A stretch of DNA of 64,000 bases. Source: Octopus vulgaris. Its lineage: Eukaryota. The position numbers were made by a program, and so were the translations under genes. Shown in pieces: positions 12,276 through 24,433 of this stretch. The notes under the pieces are model-generated. The model was not told the origin of the DNA. It saw only the letters and a list, made by a program, of their open reading frames with translations, and searched no databases. The stretch lies in assembly GCA_951406725.2 (NCBI GenBank), contig OX597827.1, forward strand, positions 49,910,001 to 49,974,000, given 5' to 3'. The first letter of the stretch is position 1. Each line of letters starts with the position of its first letter.

Positions 12276-13310
12276 CATGTACATGAACTTCGAACCAAAT
12301 ATCAATGGAAACAGTAGTTGTGATACCTGTGCCGGTGACACATAAAAAGCACCATCCAAACGTGGCCGTTGCCAGTGAACATCGAACCAAATATCAATGG
12401 AAACAGTAGTTCGAACCAAATATCAATGGAAACAGTAGTTGTGATACCTGTGCCGGTGACACATAAAACACACCATCCGAACGTGGCTGTTGCCAGTGCT
12501 GCCTCCACTGGCTTCTGTGCCGGTGGCACATAAAAAGCACCATCCGAACGTGACCGATGCCAATCATGCCTCGAATGGCTTCTGTGCCGGTGACACATAA
12601 AAAGCACCATCCGAACGTGGCCGATGCCAGCACCGCCCCGACTGGCTTCTGTGCCGGTGGCACATAAAAAGCACCAACCGATCGTGGGATCCCGGAACAT
12701 CTCGCTGTGCTTGAGGAGACCTGTTGAGTCAAGTGCATGTACATGAACATCGAACCAAATATCAATGGAAACAGTAGTTGTGATACCTGTGCCGGTGACA
12801 CATAAAAAACCATCCGAATGTGGCCGTTGCCAGTGCAGCCTCCACTGGCTTCTGTGCCGGTGGCACATAAAAAGCACCATCTGAACGTGACCGATGCCAA
12901 CCCCGCCTCGAATGGCTTCTGTGCCGGTGGCACATAAAAAGCACCATCCGAATGTGGCTGATGCCAGCACTGCCCCGACTGGCTTCTGTGCCGGTGGCAC
13001 ATAAAAAGGACCATCCGAGCGTGGCCGACGCCAGCACCGCCTCGACTGGCTTCTGTGCCGGTGGCACATAAAAAAAAGCACCAACCGATCGTGGCCGATG
13101 CCAGACTCCTCTGGCACCTGTGCAGGTGGCACGTAAAGAGCACCCACTACACTCGCGGAGTGGTTGGCGTTAGGAAGGGCATCCAGCTGTAGAAACACTG
13201 CCAGATCAGACTGGAGCCTGGGGCAGCCCCTGGCTCCCCAGACCCCGGTCGAACCGTCCAACCCGTGCTAGTGCGGAAAACGGACGTTAAACGATGATGA
13301 TGATGATGAT
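12276..13310 (+). repeat. SINE family D with an internally amplified 67-bp minisatellite (11 core units)
   Basis: Core tgtgccggtg(g/a)cacataaaaagcacc at about 12328, 12449, 12516, 12583, 12650, 12788, 12853, 12920, 12987, 13054 and 13119. Ends in ggttggcgttaggaagggcatccagctgtag...ggacgttaaac(gat)n. Confidence 0.85.
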
Positions 13311-13488
13311 TTTCTTGTAAACTGTTTTTGACATTTTCTTATTATTATCAAAGAATGTATATACGTATTGTAACATTTTGTGACAACCAGTTCTTAACAC
13401 AACAAAGCTTTACATTTTACTTTTGACAAACTTTTTCTAAAAAAGTGAAACCAGTCAAGAGAATAAACATCTTTATAATTGCATTTTC

Positions 13489-13522
<34 letters not shown>

Positions 13523-13762
13523 ATATACATACATACATACATACATATATATGTCCCTACGTTCAAAACACACAGTAGATAAAACAGGTGACAACTGACG
13601 AAGGGAATGTTCTTTATGTTGCCTATCTCAGTTCTCTTTTTGTTTCTTTCGTTGTTCGAAAAAAAAAAGGTCGTTTTCCATGTCTTTGTTATGTTCTCAT
13701 ATCTCATTTTATTCAAGTTTTTTTTTTATGTCCTGTACCCATATATGCATATATATATACAT

Positions 13763-14450
13763 ATTGGGTTGGCATCTAAGTGCCCGCTGTTTTTTTTTTT
13801 AATTTTGGAATTTATTGCATTTTTAAATCTTGGAATCTATTTTTTACGAGAATTCTATTTTTGAGTCATTTTGGTATCTATTTTGGTTTATTTTTTCTAG
13901 TTAATTTTAGTTAATTTTTGTTTATTTTCAGATCCTTAAAATGGAATATCAAGTTAAGAAAAACGAACATTTTCGTCACCTCCTTCTTTTTGCTTTTAAT
14001 CAATTTTCTAAGGCTGCAAAAGCTGCTCATGACATTTGTACTGTGAAAGAACCACTTCTGATTGGTATGCCAAGTTCAAAAATGGAAATTTTGACCTCAA
14101 AGAAGCACCTCGTTCTGGCCGTCCAGTTGAGTTAGATGAAGAGCGATTAAACCAACTTTTGCAAGAAAATTCTCGGCAAACGACAAGGGAACTGGCAGAG
14201 AAAATGGAATGCTCCCACACTGCTATAGAGAAGCATCTTCACTCAATGAGAAAGTTTCAAAACTATGGAGCATGGGTTCCGCATGCTTTAAGTGATAACA
14301 ACAAAAATCAACAAGCCACAATTTCTGCTGGTTTGCTTGCTCGTCACTACTCAACTCATGGACACAAGCAATGATTTCTTTACCGAATTGCTACTGGTGA
14401 TGGAAAATGGTGCCTGTACCTCAATATGAAGCAGCATAAAGAATGGCTTA
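13763..14450 (+). mobile_element. Mariner transposon 5' half (truncated)
   Basis: TIR ta-ttgggttggcatctaagtgcccgc. Transposase pieces EHFRHLLLFAFN, WYAKFKNGNFDLKEAPRSGRP, WVPHAL and IATGDGKW. Confidence 0.88.
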
Positions 14451-14519
14451 TATATTTTATTTATATTATTATATGATTGAACACCACGCATCCATTTCCA
14501 AGTAAGTTTATCTATATAC

Positions 14520-14555
<36 letters not shown>

Positions 14556-14557
<2 letters not shown>

Positions 14558-14930
14558 TAGCAGTATCGCCCGGCGTTGCTCGGGTTTGTAATGGAAATAA
14601 CTATAAAGCATTTTTAGAGAGTTATAGCCAAAAAATGGAAAAAAAATGATGGTAAATTTTTTTTTTTAGTTAAAAAGGTCGAGTTGCGTCTCCTAGACAG
14701 TCTGTGGTTTGTGTTTCTGATTCTCGACCCCATGTCGAATTTATCGATTTTTTCAGAACTGGGGGAACTTTTCAAAATTTTCGCTGCGTTAGTTTTGAAT
14801 TATGACATTGGGCTATGTGTGTGTCAAGTTTCATCAGAATCGGTTGAAAGCCGTGGTCAGGGTGAGGGTACAACCAAACAGACACACAGAAACACGCACA
14901 GACAAACTGCCGTTTATATATAGAGAGATA
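14556..14930. mobile_element. Helentron/DINE-like non-autonomous element
   Basis: Begins actagcagtatcgcccggcgttgctcggg (subterminal hairpin) and ends (caga)n...tttatatatagagagat. Related ends at 16710, 25945, 38770 and 41487. Confidence 0.55.
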
Positions 14931-15091
14931 CGACGGGCTTCTTTCAGTTTCCATCTACAAAATCCACTCAAAAGGCTCCGGTCAGCCCGAGGCTATAGTA
15001 GAAGACTCTTGCCCAAGGTGCCATGCAGTGGGACTGAACCCGGAACCATGTGGTTGGTAAGCAAGCTGCTTGCAACACACCCACTCCTGCA

Positions 15092-15092
<1 letters not shown>
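14931..15092 (-). mobile_element. SINE family B 5' part
   Basis: Reverse complement matches the head of 49819-50228 (ggagtgg...gttccgggttcagtcccact). Confidence 0.8.
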
Positions 15093-15127
<35 letters not shown>

Positions 15128-15138
15128 CATGTATATAC

Positions 15139-15780
15139 ATGATGATTGCTTCATCTTCAGAGATGATAGCTGCCCATCAACACACACACCACACAGTACA
15201 ATCATTCTGTTGATGAGCCCTTAGATGATTCTTACAACCAGCTGCTGACTGACAGGGCTTAAAACACAAGTGACAGATATTAATTTTCTTCTATAACGTC
15301 ACCCTTTGGAATCTGATTTGGAAGGAATGTTTTTGTGAACTAGCATATGTCTTTTAAGTCCTAGATATTGTCTAACAAGTGTTTTGACATATGACACAAG
15401 TTGTAAGATGCGGTTGGTGTCCAAGATCATTACCTATCTGGGCATTATGATTTTCATGTGACATCATATGGTTCACATATCCTGCTTTTGACAACAGAAC
15501 ATGATCAACATATAATACATACCCAATGTTCACTGTTGATTACAGTTCTAATTGTTCCTTTATAACAAGATGATTCAGAGTGCTGAATCATCTTTTCCTC
15601 CCACGCATTGCAACCAGTCCTAACAGCACCTCTCCACTTATTCCGACCTAGAGCATCATTTTCCCAATCACTTGTTTACATCTAGTCTCTTCAGGTTTAC
15701 CTTCACATTCTTTATACGTTTTTCTTGGCTTATGTTGTGGTCGTTTATCAGAGTTGAGCTCACCATAAAAAATACGCTTT
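15139..15780 (-). mobile_element. RTE-like LINE 3' end (zinc-finger type, paralog of 10363-10860)
   Basis: Minus strand YGELNSDKRPQHKPRKR...WENDALGRNKWRGAV, then the zinc-finger region and a shared tail. Confidence 0.8.
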
Positions 15781-15807
15781 TTTATACATACATACTTATA
15801 CATACAC

Positions 15808-15864
<57 letters not shown>

Positions 15865-15982
15865 AATATATATATATATATGAAACTGAGAATGTGTGTC
15901 TGTTTCTGTGTATGTTTGCATTACTAGAACTCGAGAACCACCCAAACGAATTCATTTGACCGAAACAAGTAAAACAGTAAGT

Positions 15983-16373
15983 GGATCTTTTCGGTTTGAA
16001 CGGCAGTTTTTAACATAATTTCTAGGTAACTATACTGGTAGAATGTGTTTATAAAACATCTTTTTCTCTTGGCTTTATTAAGAAAATTCTATAGTTTGTA
16101 AGATATTTGTTGTTTTCTTCAATTTCTGCAATTTCAGCCAATCAATAACGTCCATTGAGGTAAAAAAAACATTCTGTGCCGTATGAATATGTCCCTCGTT
16201 TAAGAAACAGATTGGGTTTATTTACATTTGTGAAGAAGAAAAAAAGATATCCTTCCCCCACCACTAACCCTAACCCTAAAACAGATTGAAATGCAATAGA
16301 TCGATACTAGGGTCATAATTATGGGTGACAATTTCATATGACACCGCTAGGAAAAACTGCCGTTCAAACTGAA
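15983..16373 (+). mobile_element. GGATC-TIR MITE copy 1
   Basis: ggatcttttcggtttgaacggcagttttt...aaaaactgccgttcaaac; same family as 26863 and 27569; internal (taaccc)n. Confidence 0.85.
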
Positions 16374-16399
16374 TATGAGTAATACACACACACACATAT

Positions 16400-16690
16400 A
16401 TATATAAATTATAGCTCCAGGCCGACCAAAGCCTTGTGAGTTGATTTCGTACACAGAAACTGAAAGAAGACTGTCATATATATGTATATATTTGTGTGTG
16501 TTTTTTTTACCCCCACCATCGCTTGACAACCGATGTTGCTGTGTTTCATCCCTGTAACTTAGCGATTAGGTAAAAGAACTGATAGAATAAGTAATAGACT
16601 TACAAAGAATAAATCCTGGGATCTATTCGTTCGACTAAAGGCGTTGCTCCAGCATGGCTGCAGTCACATGACTCAAACAAGTAGATCAAT
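16400..16690 (+). mobile_element. SINE family B, 5'-truncated
   Basis: gccgaccaaagccttgtgag...ggcgttgctccagcatggctgcagtcacatgactcaaacaagt. A minus-strand fragment follows at about 16815-17000. Confidence 0.8.
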
Positions 16691-16739
16691 AAAAAAAACT
16701 GTCGTTTTAATCCAGAGCAACGCCGGGTATCTCTGCTAT

Positions 16740-16794
<55 letters not shown>

Positions 16795-17034
16795 GTGGGT
16801 GTGTTATTTGCTTTAGCCAGTGGACTGCGGCTAAGCTGGAGCATCGCCTGAAGGGCTTTAGTTATACAAATCAACCACATTACTTTTTTTTTTAAAGCCT
16901 GGTATTTATCCCATCATTTTTATTGTCTAACCGCTACACTACGTGAAGGTAAACAAACCAACACTGGTTGACAAGCAGTGGTAGGGGACAAACACACACA
17001 CATATTTATAAATATACATGTCAACCTTATATAC

Positions 17035-17086
<52 letters not shown>

Positions 17087-17865
17087 ACATTCACATATAT
17101 TATATATATAAGATTTCATACTGAGTTCATTCTAACTGGCCTGTGTATGTTTCACCGAAAAGGCGTATATCGTGTGTGAATGCGTATAGATATGTGTGTA
17201 TATGTATGATCAGTTATTTGTCCGGGAGTCAGAAAAAAGCACATTCAGTATGAGTAATGGATTTTTTATTTTATACATATACAATCGAGCAGCAGAGTTA
17301 TGCTATTAAACTGTTCAGAGTAATACCGAAGTTGACATTCTGACCAGTAAAATGCCGTGTATATATATATATACGTATATATATATGTGTGTGTGTCTGT
17401 GTGTTTGTGTGTGTGAAGGGTAAAAATCATTATAGTATTTAATCGTGATTCTTAAGGAAAATAAAAAATATATTGATCTCTTATTTCCGAAATGAGACAA
17501 GCAAATAAGATGAGAGAATCTCTTAGAAAGGTTTTCAGATGTTTCCAATTGGATCGAAAACCTATCAAAAAAAAAAAGGAAATGAATGAATAAAACGACC
17601 GTAAAGAGCTATCAAAACACGAAAGCAGGATTTCTTCGTAGCAGAGCAACACAAAGAAAAAGGATTAACAGAAACAAAAAAGGGAGGGGAATGATTCTGC
17701 GAAATTAGTGTAATGTTTATCAGTGAAAATAACACTTACCTCAAAGGAAGCCATAATGAAATGCTGAACATCCGGGTACTAACAACATTACGAATCAAAG
17801 TGAACAGAACACAGCAGTCACAGTTGCAGCAAGTACGGAAGCTCGTACTGGTAATAAAATATCTG

Positions 17866-18097
17866 TGTCATTATTCAGTTTTATTTCAAGATTTTTTTAA
17901 TTTTGCCTATAGAGAAAGAGGCGGTTTCTAACCTAGATCCAAAGCTCTTTCATTGGGATTTCAGCACAAACAGCAAGGTATGCATCTGTGTCATTATTCA
18001 GTTTATTTCAAGATTTCTTGCCAATAGAGAGAGTACTGGTTTCTAACCTAGATCCAAGGCTCTTTCATTGGAATTTCAACATGAACAACAGGGTATT
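17866..18097. repeat. Tandem duplication of an about 120-bp dispersed repeat (third copy 23826-23932)
   Basis: tgtcattattcagtttatttcaagatt...ggtttctaacctagatccaa...ttcattgg occurs twice here and once at 23826. Abuts (TATG)n. Confidence 0.75.
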
Positions 18098-18211
18098 TTT
18101 GTATGTATGTATGTATGTATGTATGTATGTATGTATGTATGTATGTATGTATGTATGTATGCATGTATGTATGTATGTGTGTATGTATGTATGTATGTAT
18201 GTATTATGCCA

Positions 18212-18760
18212 GGTCACTTTTGAGTGCTACTGGTAACATGTAACCCAGTACAACCTGTTGCATGGTTGGGTCGTCGGTAACTAAACCGGCAACCCAGCCA
18301 AGCTTGCTTGGTGAGGAGGGTGTTTATTGGACACCCTGCAGGATAAAAAACAAAACCCGTCAAAGGGCGGAGGAACTCTTGAGAGTCAACGGCCATCCAA
18401 TAAATGTCTTAAGGCTGTATCATGCGTGGGGACATAGAAATAATCGGACTGAATACCTAATCGCGCGGTTAAACCATTGGGAGTGAAGGACTCCTAGCCT
18501 TTGTTAGGGCATCCTTCTAGGAGAAGGTAGCTCAGGTAACTGGGATAACTCCGACATAAAACCTGCGGCTCAGTGGTTACCGATGATGTTGACTTGTTCT
18601 TCTTTTCGGATTATGGCTGCTGTTGCTTAGTGAGTGGGATTGACTCAGTGCACAGCCTTTCCTCATATGAAAAAAAATCTTCTTGCACAGGCATTGCACG
18701 ATAACAACATTGATTAAGCTTTGCGCACTGGTCATACTCGATAATGAGGGGGCAGCCATG
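18212..18760 (+). mobile_element. Non-autonomous RTE-like element (5' UTR-type sequence plus 3' tail) with an HDV-like fold at its 5' end
   Basis: GC-richer block between (TATG)n tracts with no ORF. Tail cactggtcatactcgataatgagggggcagcc(atgt)n. Manual HDV-like fold at 18212-18289. Confidence 0.5.
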
Positions 18761-18849
18761 TATGTATGTATGTATGTATGTATCAAGCCATACCTACTCA
18801 TAATAAAACTCTTATTTCTTTGTCCTCAGGGTTATCTTCTTGATGGATT

Positions 18850-19895
18850 TCTTTATAGAGTGTCCTAGCTACAACATCATGTCTCATCGGTAGATAATAC
18901 CATGATGACATTTTCAGACAACTACTTACGATATGGGTGATATCTTCAGTGTGAACTCCATAAAGTCTGCATCAGCTGTTACATTCAACTGCTTTTCCTG
19001 CATCTCTGTCCCTTTTGTGCATCAGGTGCTGGATTGATATTTCCTGTTCCTGGATTGCAAACATATACCCTTCAAAGTGGGCGGTAGTAATCCGGCTATT
19101 GGTCCATGATAAACTGCTTTGATGATCGATGTTACTATCATTTCGGAGCTTTCTACTAACATATTTATGCATAGTCTTCTGCTATTATAGGCTCATCCTT
19201 TCATCTGATGATACATTGCGATAGAGTCATGCAACTTCTTTGGGCATGTATTCCCGGCTATTAGACAAAGAATGTTGCTCAAGAAGCTGCCTTCCAAGTC
19301 TTATGAAGTTATCAACCTCATGTATGCAAACTTAGTCAAGGAATGCACTTCAACACTTGGTGGTTAAAAGGTGTTGCTGAAGGGATATGATACGACATTC
19401 AAAGGCATTTTGGATCAATGTTAAGACTCTGCCACCTTGTTTTCATGTTAGGTAGGTGTAGTCTACATCACTGTTTATGTGGAAATTATGTGTACTTGTT
19501 AATATTTTTCAGGTTTTCACATCAATGGCTTGGATTTCATCAAGCATCCAATCAATGAACCCAAATGCTGGCATGAGTACTGGCACTGCAAACACATTGT
19601 ACATCACTGTTTTATTGAATGCAGGGAGTTTTGAGGTTCAAATTTTCTTAATTCTGCTGTAATATTCTTTAGTGACATGTGTTCTGTTACAGGTGCCCAT
19701 TGTAATATATGTTTTCATCCACCCCTAGATACCTGTAACATTCCTTGTCAGATGTGGGGGAAACAGTCAAATCATTAATGGAGATATTGTTAGTCTGGTT
19801 TATAGTTTTCCTCCTTTTCACAGCCATATAACAACATTTATTTGACCAAACTCCAACTCAACATCCTTTGAGAATATTGTAACTAGGTCAATGAT
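18850..19895 (-). mobile_element. R4/Dong-clade non-LTR retrotransposon fragment
   Basis: Minus strand FSKDVELEFG, YRYLGVDE, FEGYMFAIQEQEI, CRLYGVHTEDITHIVSSC and RHDVVA (RT C-terminus, CCHC, start of RLE). Confidence 0.82.
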
Positions 19896-19926
<31 letters not shown>

Positions 19927-20144
19927 GTATGTATGTATGTATGTATGTATGTATGTATGTATGTATGTACGTACGTACATACGAATGAATGTATGTATGT
20001 ATGTATGCATGTATGTATGCATGTATGCATGTATGTATGTATGTATGTATGAATGTATGCATATATGTATGTATGTATGTATGCATGTATGTATGTATGT
20101 ATGTATGCATGCATGCATGAATTTATGTATGTATACTGGCTACC

Positions 20145-20410
20145 TTCCACACCATGCCACCTTTAATGAACTCATAAAGCATAACTTCCCCTCTCAACCT
20201 GAGCTAGCAGGGCTACACCGAAGGGACAGTGAAAGGCCTGATGATATTACAGTTTTTTTACTGTTCCATGGGATGCCACATGCTGTGACATTTCTCCAGC
20301 AGCAACTTGATGTGTTCAGTAACCAACTCAGGCTCTGTTGCTCTGCTTGACAAGCTGATGAGAAAAGCAAACTGTCAAAGTATCAGTTGCTCTCTAATGG
20401 GTTTATAGTG
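20145..20410 (+). mobile_element. CRE-clade LINE RLE fragment
   Basis: HATFNELIK...PELAGLHRRDSERPDDIT...PWDATCCD; resembles 55430-55900. Confidence 0.7.
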
Positions 20411-20465
20411 ATGTCAGGGTACCATTTTATAGTGGTAATGTTGATAATGACACACTATAATTTAA

Positions 20466-20685
20466 CCCTTTAGCATTCAGATTATTCTGTCAAATGTAAA
20501 GCTTATGTATTCACACCATGTAAAATTAATCTTGCATCATTTCATGGCTTTGAGATTTCAGTGATGTGATTGTTTATTTTTAAAATGACGCAATAAGGTA
20601 GCTATGAATGACCATATCTGACTAGTTTGAACATAAAATAGGTAGAATATTTTGGCTGGATATGGCCGATTTAAACACTAAAGGG
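20466..20685. mobile_element. piggyBac-type MITE (copy of 5561-5781)
   Basis: TTAA-ccctttagcattcag...aaacactaaaggg-TTAA. Confidence 0.85.
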
Positions 20686-21206
20686 TTAATGAGTATGAGA
20701 GAATGTTGGGTCACCATCTTGTACATATTAACAAGAAAATAGGAATTTGTGAGACGTTTGTAATAAGGCACAACATATTTATTACTGGAGATAATGCTTT
20801 AACATATAAGGTTAATTGGAGGAAAGCTTATAGCATTACATGAATATATTCTGCTTGCAGTCACATGTCTCTAAGTAAGTGAGGTGAATGTGTGCGTGAG
20901 CTGGTGTGTAAATGTGGTAGCTTGACTCAAATGCATGTCAAAGAATCAACAGACACTGAGTGAATTTCTTTATTGCCCATAAGGCAACACACGAATAACA
21001 ATTTGTCTATCCTTCCCACCAAGGGGGAGGATAACAATTTACAAATAATTATTCTCAAAAAGAATGATATACAAGGTTTCCCTTACGGGATACCACAAAT
21101 ACTCAAAAAAACCCCAATTCTTTAAAGGATAACAATATCAAAAATAGCAATATCAAAAACAACTTCTCATGTACTGAATGAATGCAACTCCAGACAGACA
21201 CTGAGT

Positions 21207-21377
21207 AATTTCTTTATTTGCCTATTTAAGGCATACATAGATATAACAAGAAGGAGGGGTCGGGGACAAACAACGGACAGTCTTACAAGGAATGGGGGAG
21301 GGTCCATCAGTGCTTGTTGTAATTACAAAATGAGGATCAGGATAATAAGACTATATGATTTAAAAATTTTAATGAAT

Positions 21378-21409
<32 letters not shown>

Positions 21410-23480
21410 TGTTTAACATCCGCTTTCCATGCTAGCATGAGTTGGACGGTTTGACTGTGGGCTGGTGAACCAGATGGCTGCACCAGGCTCCAGTCTTGAT
21501 CTGGCAGAGTTTCTACAGCTGGATGCCCTTCCTAACGCCAACCACTTCGAGAGTGTAGTGGGTGCTTTACGTGCCACCGGCACGGGGGCCAGTCGGGCAG
21601 TACTGGCAACGACCTCACTCGAATTTTTTTTTTACACATGCCAACGGCACAGGTGCCTGTAAGGTGATGCTGGTAACGTTCCCGCTCGAATGGTGCATCC
21701 TACATGCCACCAGCACGGAAGCCAGTTAGCCGCTCTGGCAACGATCATGCTCAGATGGTGCTCTTAGCACCCTACTAGCACGGGGCACAAGTGCCAGTAA
21801 GGCGAAGCTGGTAACGATCACACTCAAACGGTGCCTTTTATGTGCCACTGGCATGGAAGCCAGTTAGCTGCTCTGTCAATGATCACGCTCATATGGTGCT
21901 CATGCCCGTCATCGAATTTCACTCTGATTTTGATTTCGATTTCACTTGCCTCAACTTTCCTTCCGGGTTCTATTTCAACCCATCAGTTTTGAACCTTCGT
22001 GTTTGCCTTTATTATTTGGCTGAGAGAACTGTTTTCCTCCTTCTTCATTGACCAGCTACATTACTACATCTCCATACATACGCACCTTTCTTACTACATT
22101 TTTTCATCTTTTCTCATACACGCTAAGAGGCAGGTGCCTTCTCTCCAGATGGATCTTCCTCACGAAGTGGAAGTTAAACCAACTTTCCAACCCCTGTCCG
22201 GTGATGAAGTGACCTGTCTCAATCCCTTTTGCTCTTGTTTGCCACACTGTCTCTTTCAGTATGGCTACTACGCAGAAAAAGGCTGCTTTCCTTTCCTTGT
22301 TAAAGGAGGGAGGCGGTACAATCTTAACTATGGACTCAGTCAAGAGCCGCACTTTTTCCTCATCCAAAATCAGTTGTTTGACATAGGTCACCAATCCCCT
22401 CAACTCCCCACAGTGTACGAAGGTGTGCGCGACAGTTTTACTGATGTGCCCACACCTCAGATATGTTTGTGGGTGTTATAAGCATGTCTGGACAACCTCT
22501 CCTGAACCGGTAAAGCCGAACGATAGCACAACCATGCCAAGGATTTCTAGATATTATCCAGGTACCTCGGCCCAAATGTCCTCGCAAACAGGCTGGCTAG
22601 TTACTTGTCGTCAAAGCCCAGAGTCTCCCCCAGGACGTCGTCAGACTTACACTCTACCAACCCTCCATAGGAATCCACAGTGGTAACCTCATTGCCAGCA
22701 TTGCTCACTCGGGAGAACAGCTTGAGTGCTTGTCTGCACTCTCTCTGCCATTCCCCCATCTTAGGCCTCTGCCTGATCCATGTGCCTAAGTTCCGAAGGG
22801 ACTCCTATTGTGGAAAAAGTTGCTTGGCATTCAGTGACCACACCTGCTCACTATCCTGGTAGCGCCGGAGGTGTCTCAGCTTCAATACATATTTGTGCAT
22901 CATCAGCCAAGGCATCCCCAGTCCACCCTTTAATGGTTTCTGACAACAAATGGAGTGCTTCACAAGTGGTGGTTTCCTCTTCCACAAAAAGAAAAAGAGG
23001 ATCCCTTCCAACTTGTTCAGCCACAAACTGGGACAAGGTACGACGGCCAGGCTGTAGGTTATCACAGATGTTATAAACACCTGTGTAACCTTGGCCCTTC
23101 CTAGCAAGGACAACATCCTCCTTGACCAGGTCTGGGTTTTGGCTGCCATTTTACTCATTACTTCGCTCCAGTTTTTCTCCACCTGGAGGTCTGATGCAAA
23201 CCAGACCCCGAGCAGCTTAACTTGGCCTGCCGCCAAACGTCCGACGATGCTATTAAGAGGCATCAACTTGCCTTGCCAGATGCCGAGTTGCAAGCCGACT
23301 GATTTTTCCTGGTTAATTTTTGCCCCTGCCACCGCTTCGCATCCTTTGATGGCGTTTTCTACATGAGGTAGCTGTCCTTCATTAGACACAATGAAGGTAA
23401 CATCATCTGCATATGCCGTCACACTTCTACCATAACATAGATCACGCAGGTCTCCTCCCAACGTCCCTATTCTCCACAGT
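21207..23480 (-). mobile_element. Tx1/L1-clade LINE: RT to C-terminus plus probable 3' UTR (interrupted by SINE D)
   Basis: VTAYADDVTFIV, GAKINQEKS, KLLGVWF, WSRRMLSLLGRA, FFFLWK and KGGLGMP. The 3' end is ...ggcaaataaagaaatt at about 21207-21225. Confidence 0.85.
21378..21955 (-). mobile_element. SINE family D with diverged internal repeats
   Basis: (cat)n tail, ctggatgcccttcctaacgccaacc and several ggtgc...tttaygtgccac units. Confidence 0.8.
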
Positions 23481-24060
23481 CGTATGTATGTATGTATGTA
23501 TGTATGTATGTATGTATGTATGTATGTGTGTATGTGTGTATGTATGTGTATGTGTGTGTGTGTGTGCTTATGTGTGTATGTATGTATGTGTGTGTATGTG
23601 TATATATATGTATGTATGTATGTATGTGTGTATGTGTGTATGTATGTATGTATGTAATGTATGTAATGTAAGTATGTATGTATGTGTGTATGTGCATGTA
23701 TGTGTATGTGTGCGTATGTGTGTATGTATGTATGTGTGTATGTATGTATGTATGTGTGTATGTATGTATGTATGTATGTATGTATGTATGTATGTATGTA
23801 TGTATGTATGTATATATGTATGTATGTCATTCAGTTTATTTCAAGATTTCTTCCCAATAGAGAAAGAACCGGTTTCTATCCTAGATCCAAGGCTCCTTCA
23901 TTGGAACTTCAACATCAACAACAGGGTATTTTTTGTTTGTTTGTATGTAAGTATGCACGTATGTATGTATGTATGTATGTGCAGATTTGTATATTTTATG
24001 TATGCATTTTCATGTGTATAGCTGCATATCTAGACATGCTCATATATATTTAAATGATAA

Positions 24061-24370
24061 CCCAGCTAGCAAAACCATATCAGGCCAATATCAAACCCAT
24101 GTTGTTACCTATATTGGTCCTACATCAGAAATTATGTTAGTTTGATTTCAGCCTGATCTCATTTTGCAACACGGCACAACATCGAGCTGACACATTCCCC
24201 GATATCAGCCTAATATGAATTTGAGGTTGGGCCGATGTGAGATTTTGGTCTCTTACATTGGGTTGACATCGGCCCCCAATGTCATATTCACATCAAGGTG
24301 ACATCGGTCCCATATGAAAATGAGGTTGGGCTGATGTATGGTTGTTCAACTTTTAAAGCTGATTTTGCCA
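24061..24370. mobile_element. Possible CMC/EnSpm-like terminal fragment
   Basis: Starts cccagctagcaaaa and carries repeated gacatcggccc/gggccgatgt subterminal motifs. No second terminus seen. Confidence 0.35.
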
Positions 24371-24433
24371 AATACCTGATCTGGCTCTGAAATACATTCA
24401 AGGATGGGATAATTAATGTATGATTAAATATTT

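Noticed and set aside
12276-13150. CRISPR array
   Set aside because: The variable parts are only about 12 nt and related to each other, there are no cas genes, the context is eukaryotic, and the array ends in a SINE tail found elsewhere in the window.
12302-13261. 319-aa and 249-aa ORFs as real proteins
   Set aside because: They are translations of the 67-bp minisatellite cycling through frames.
17915-17960. Hammerhead in the 120-bp repeat (minus-strand GAAACCGG-type motif; also 18035 and 23868)
   Set aside because: Stem II-like pairing exists but there is no CUGANGA core or stem I; too degenerate to call.
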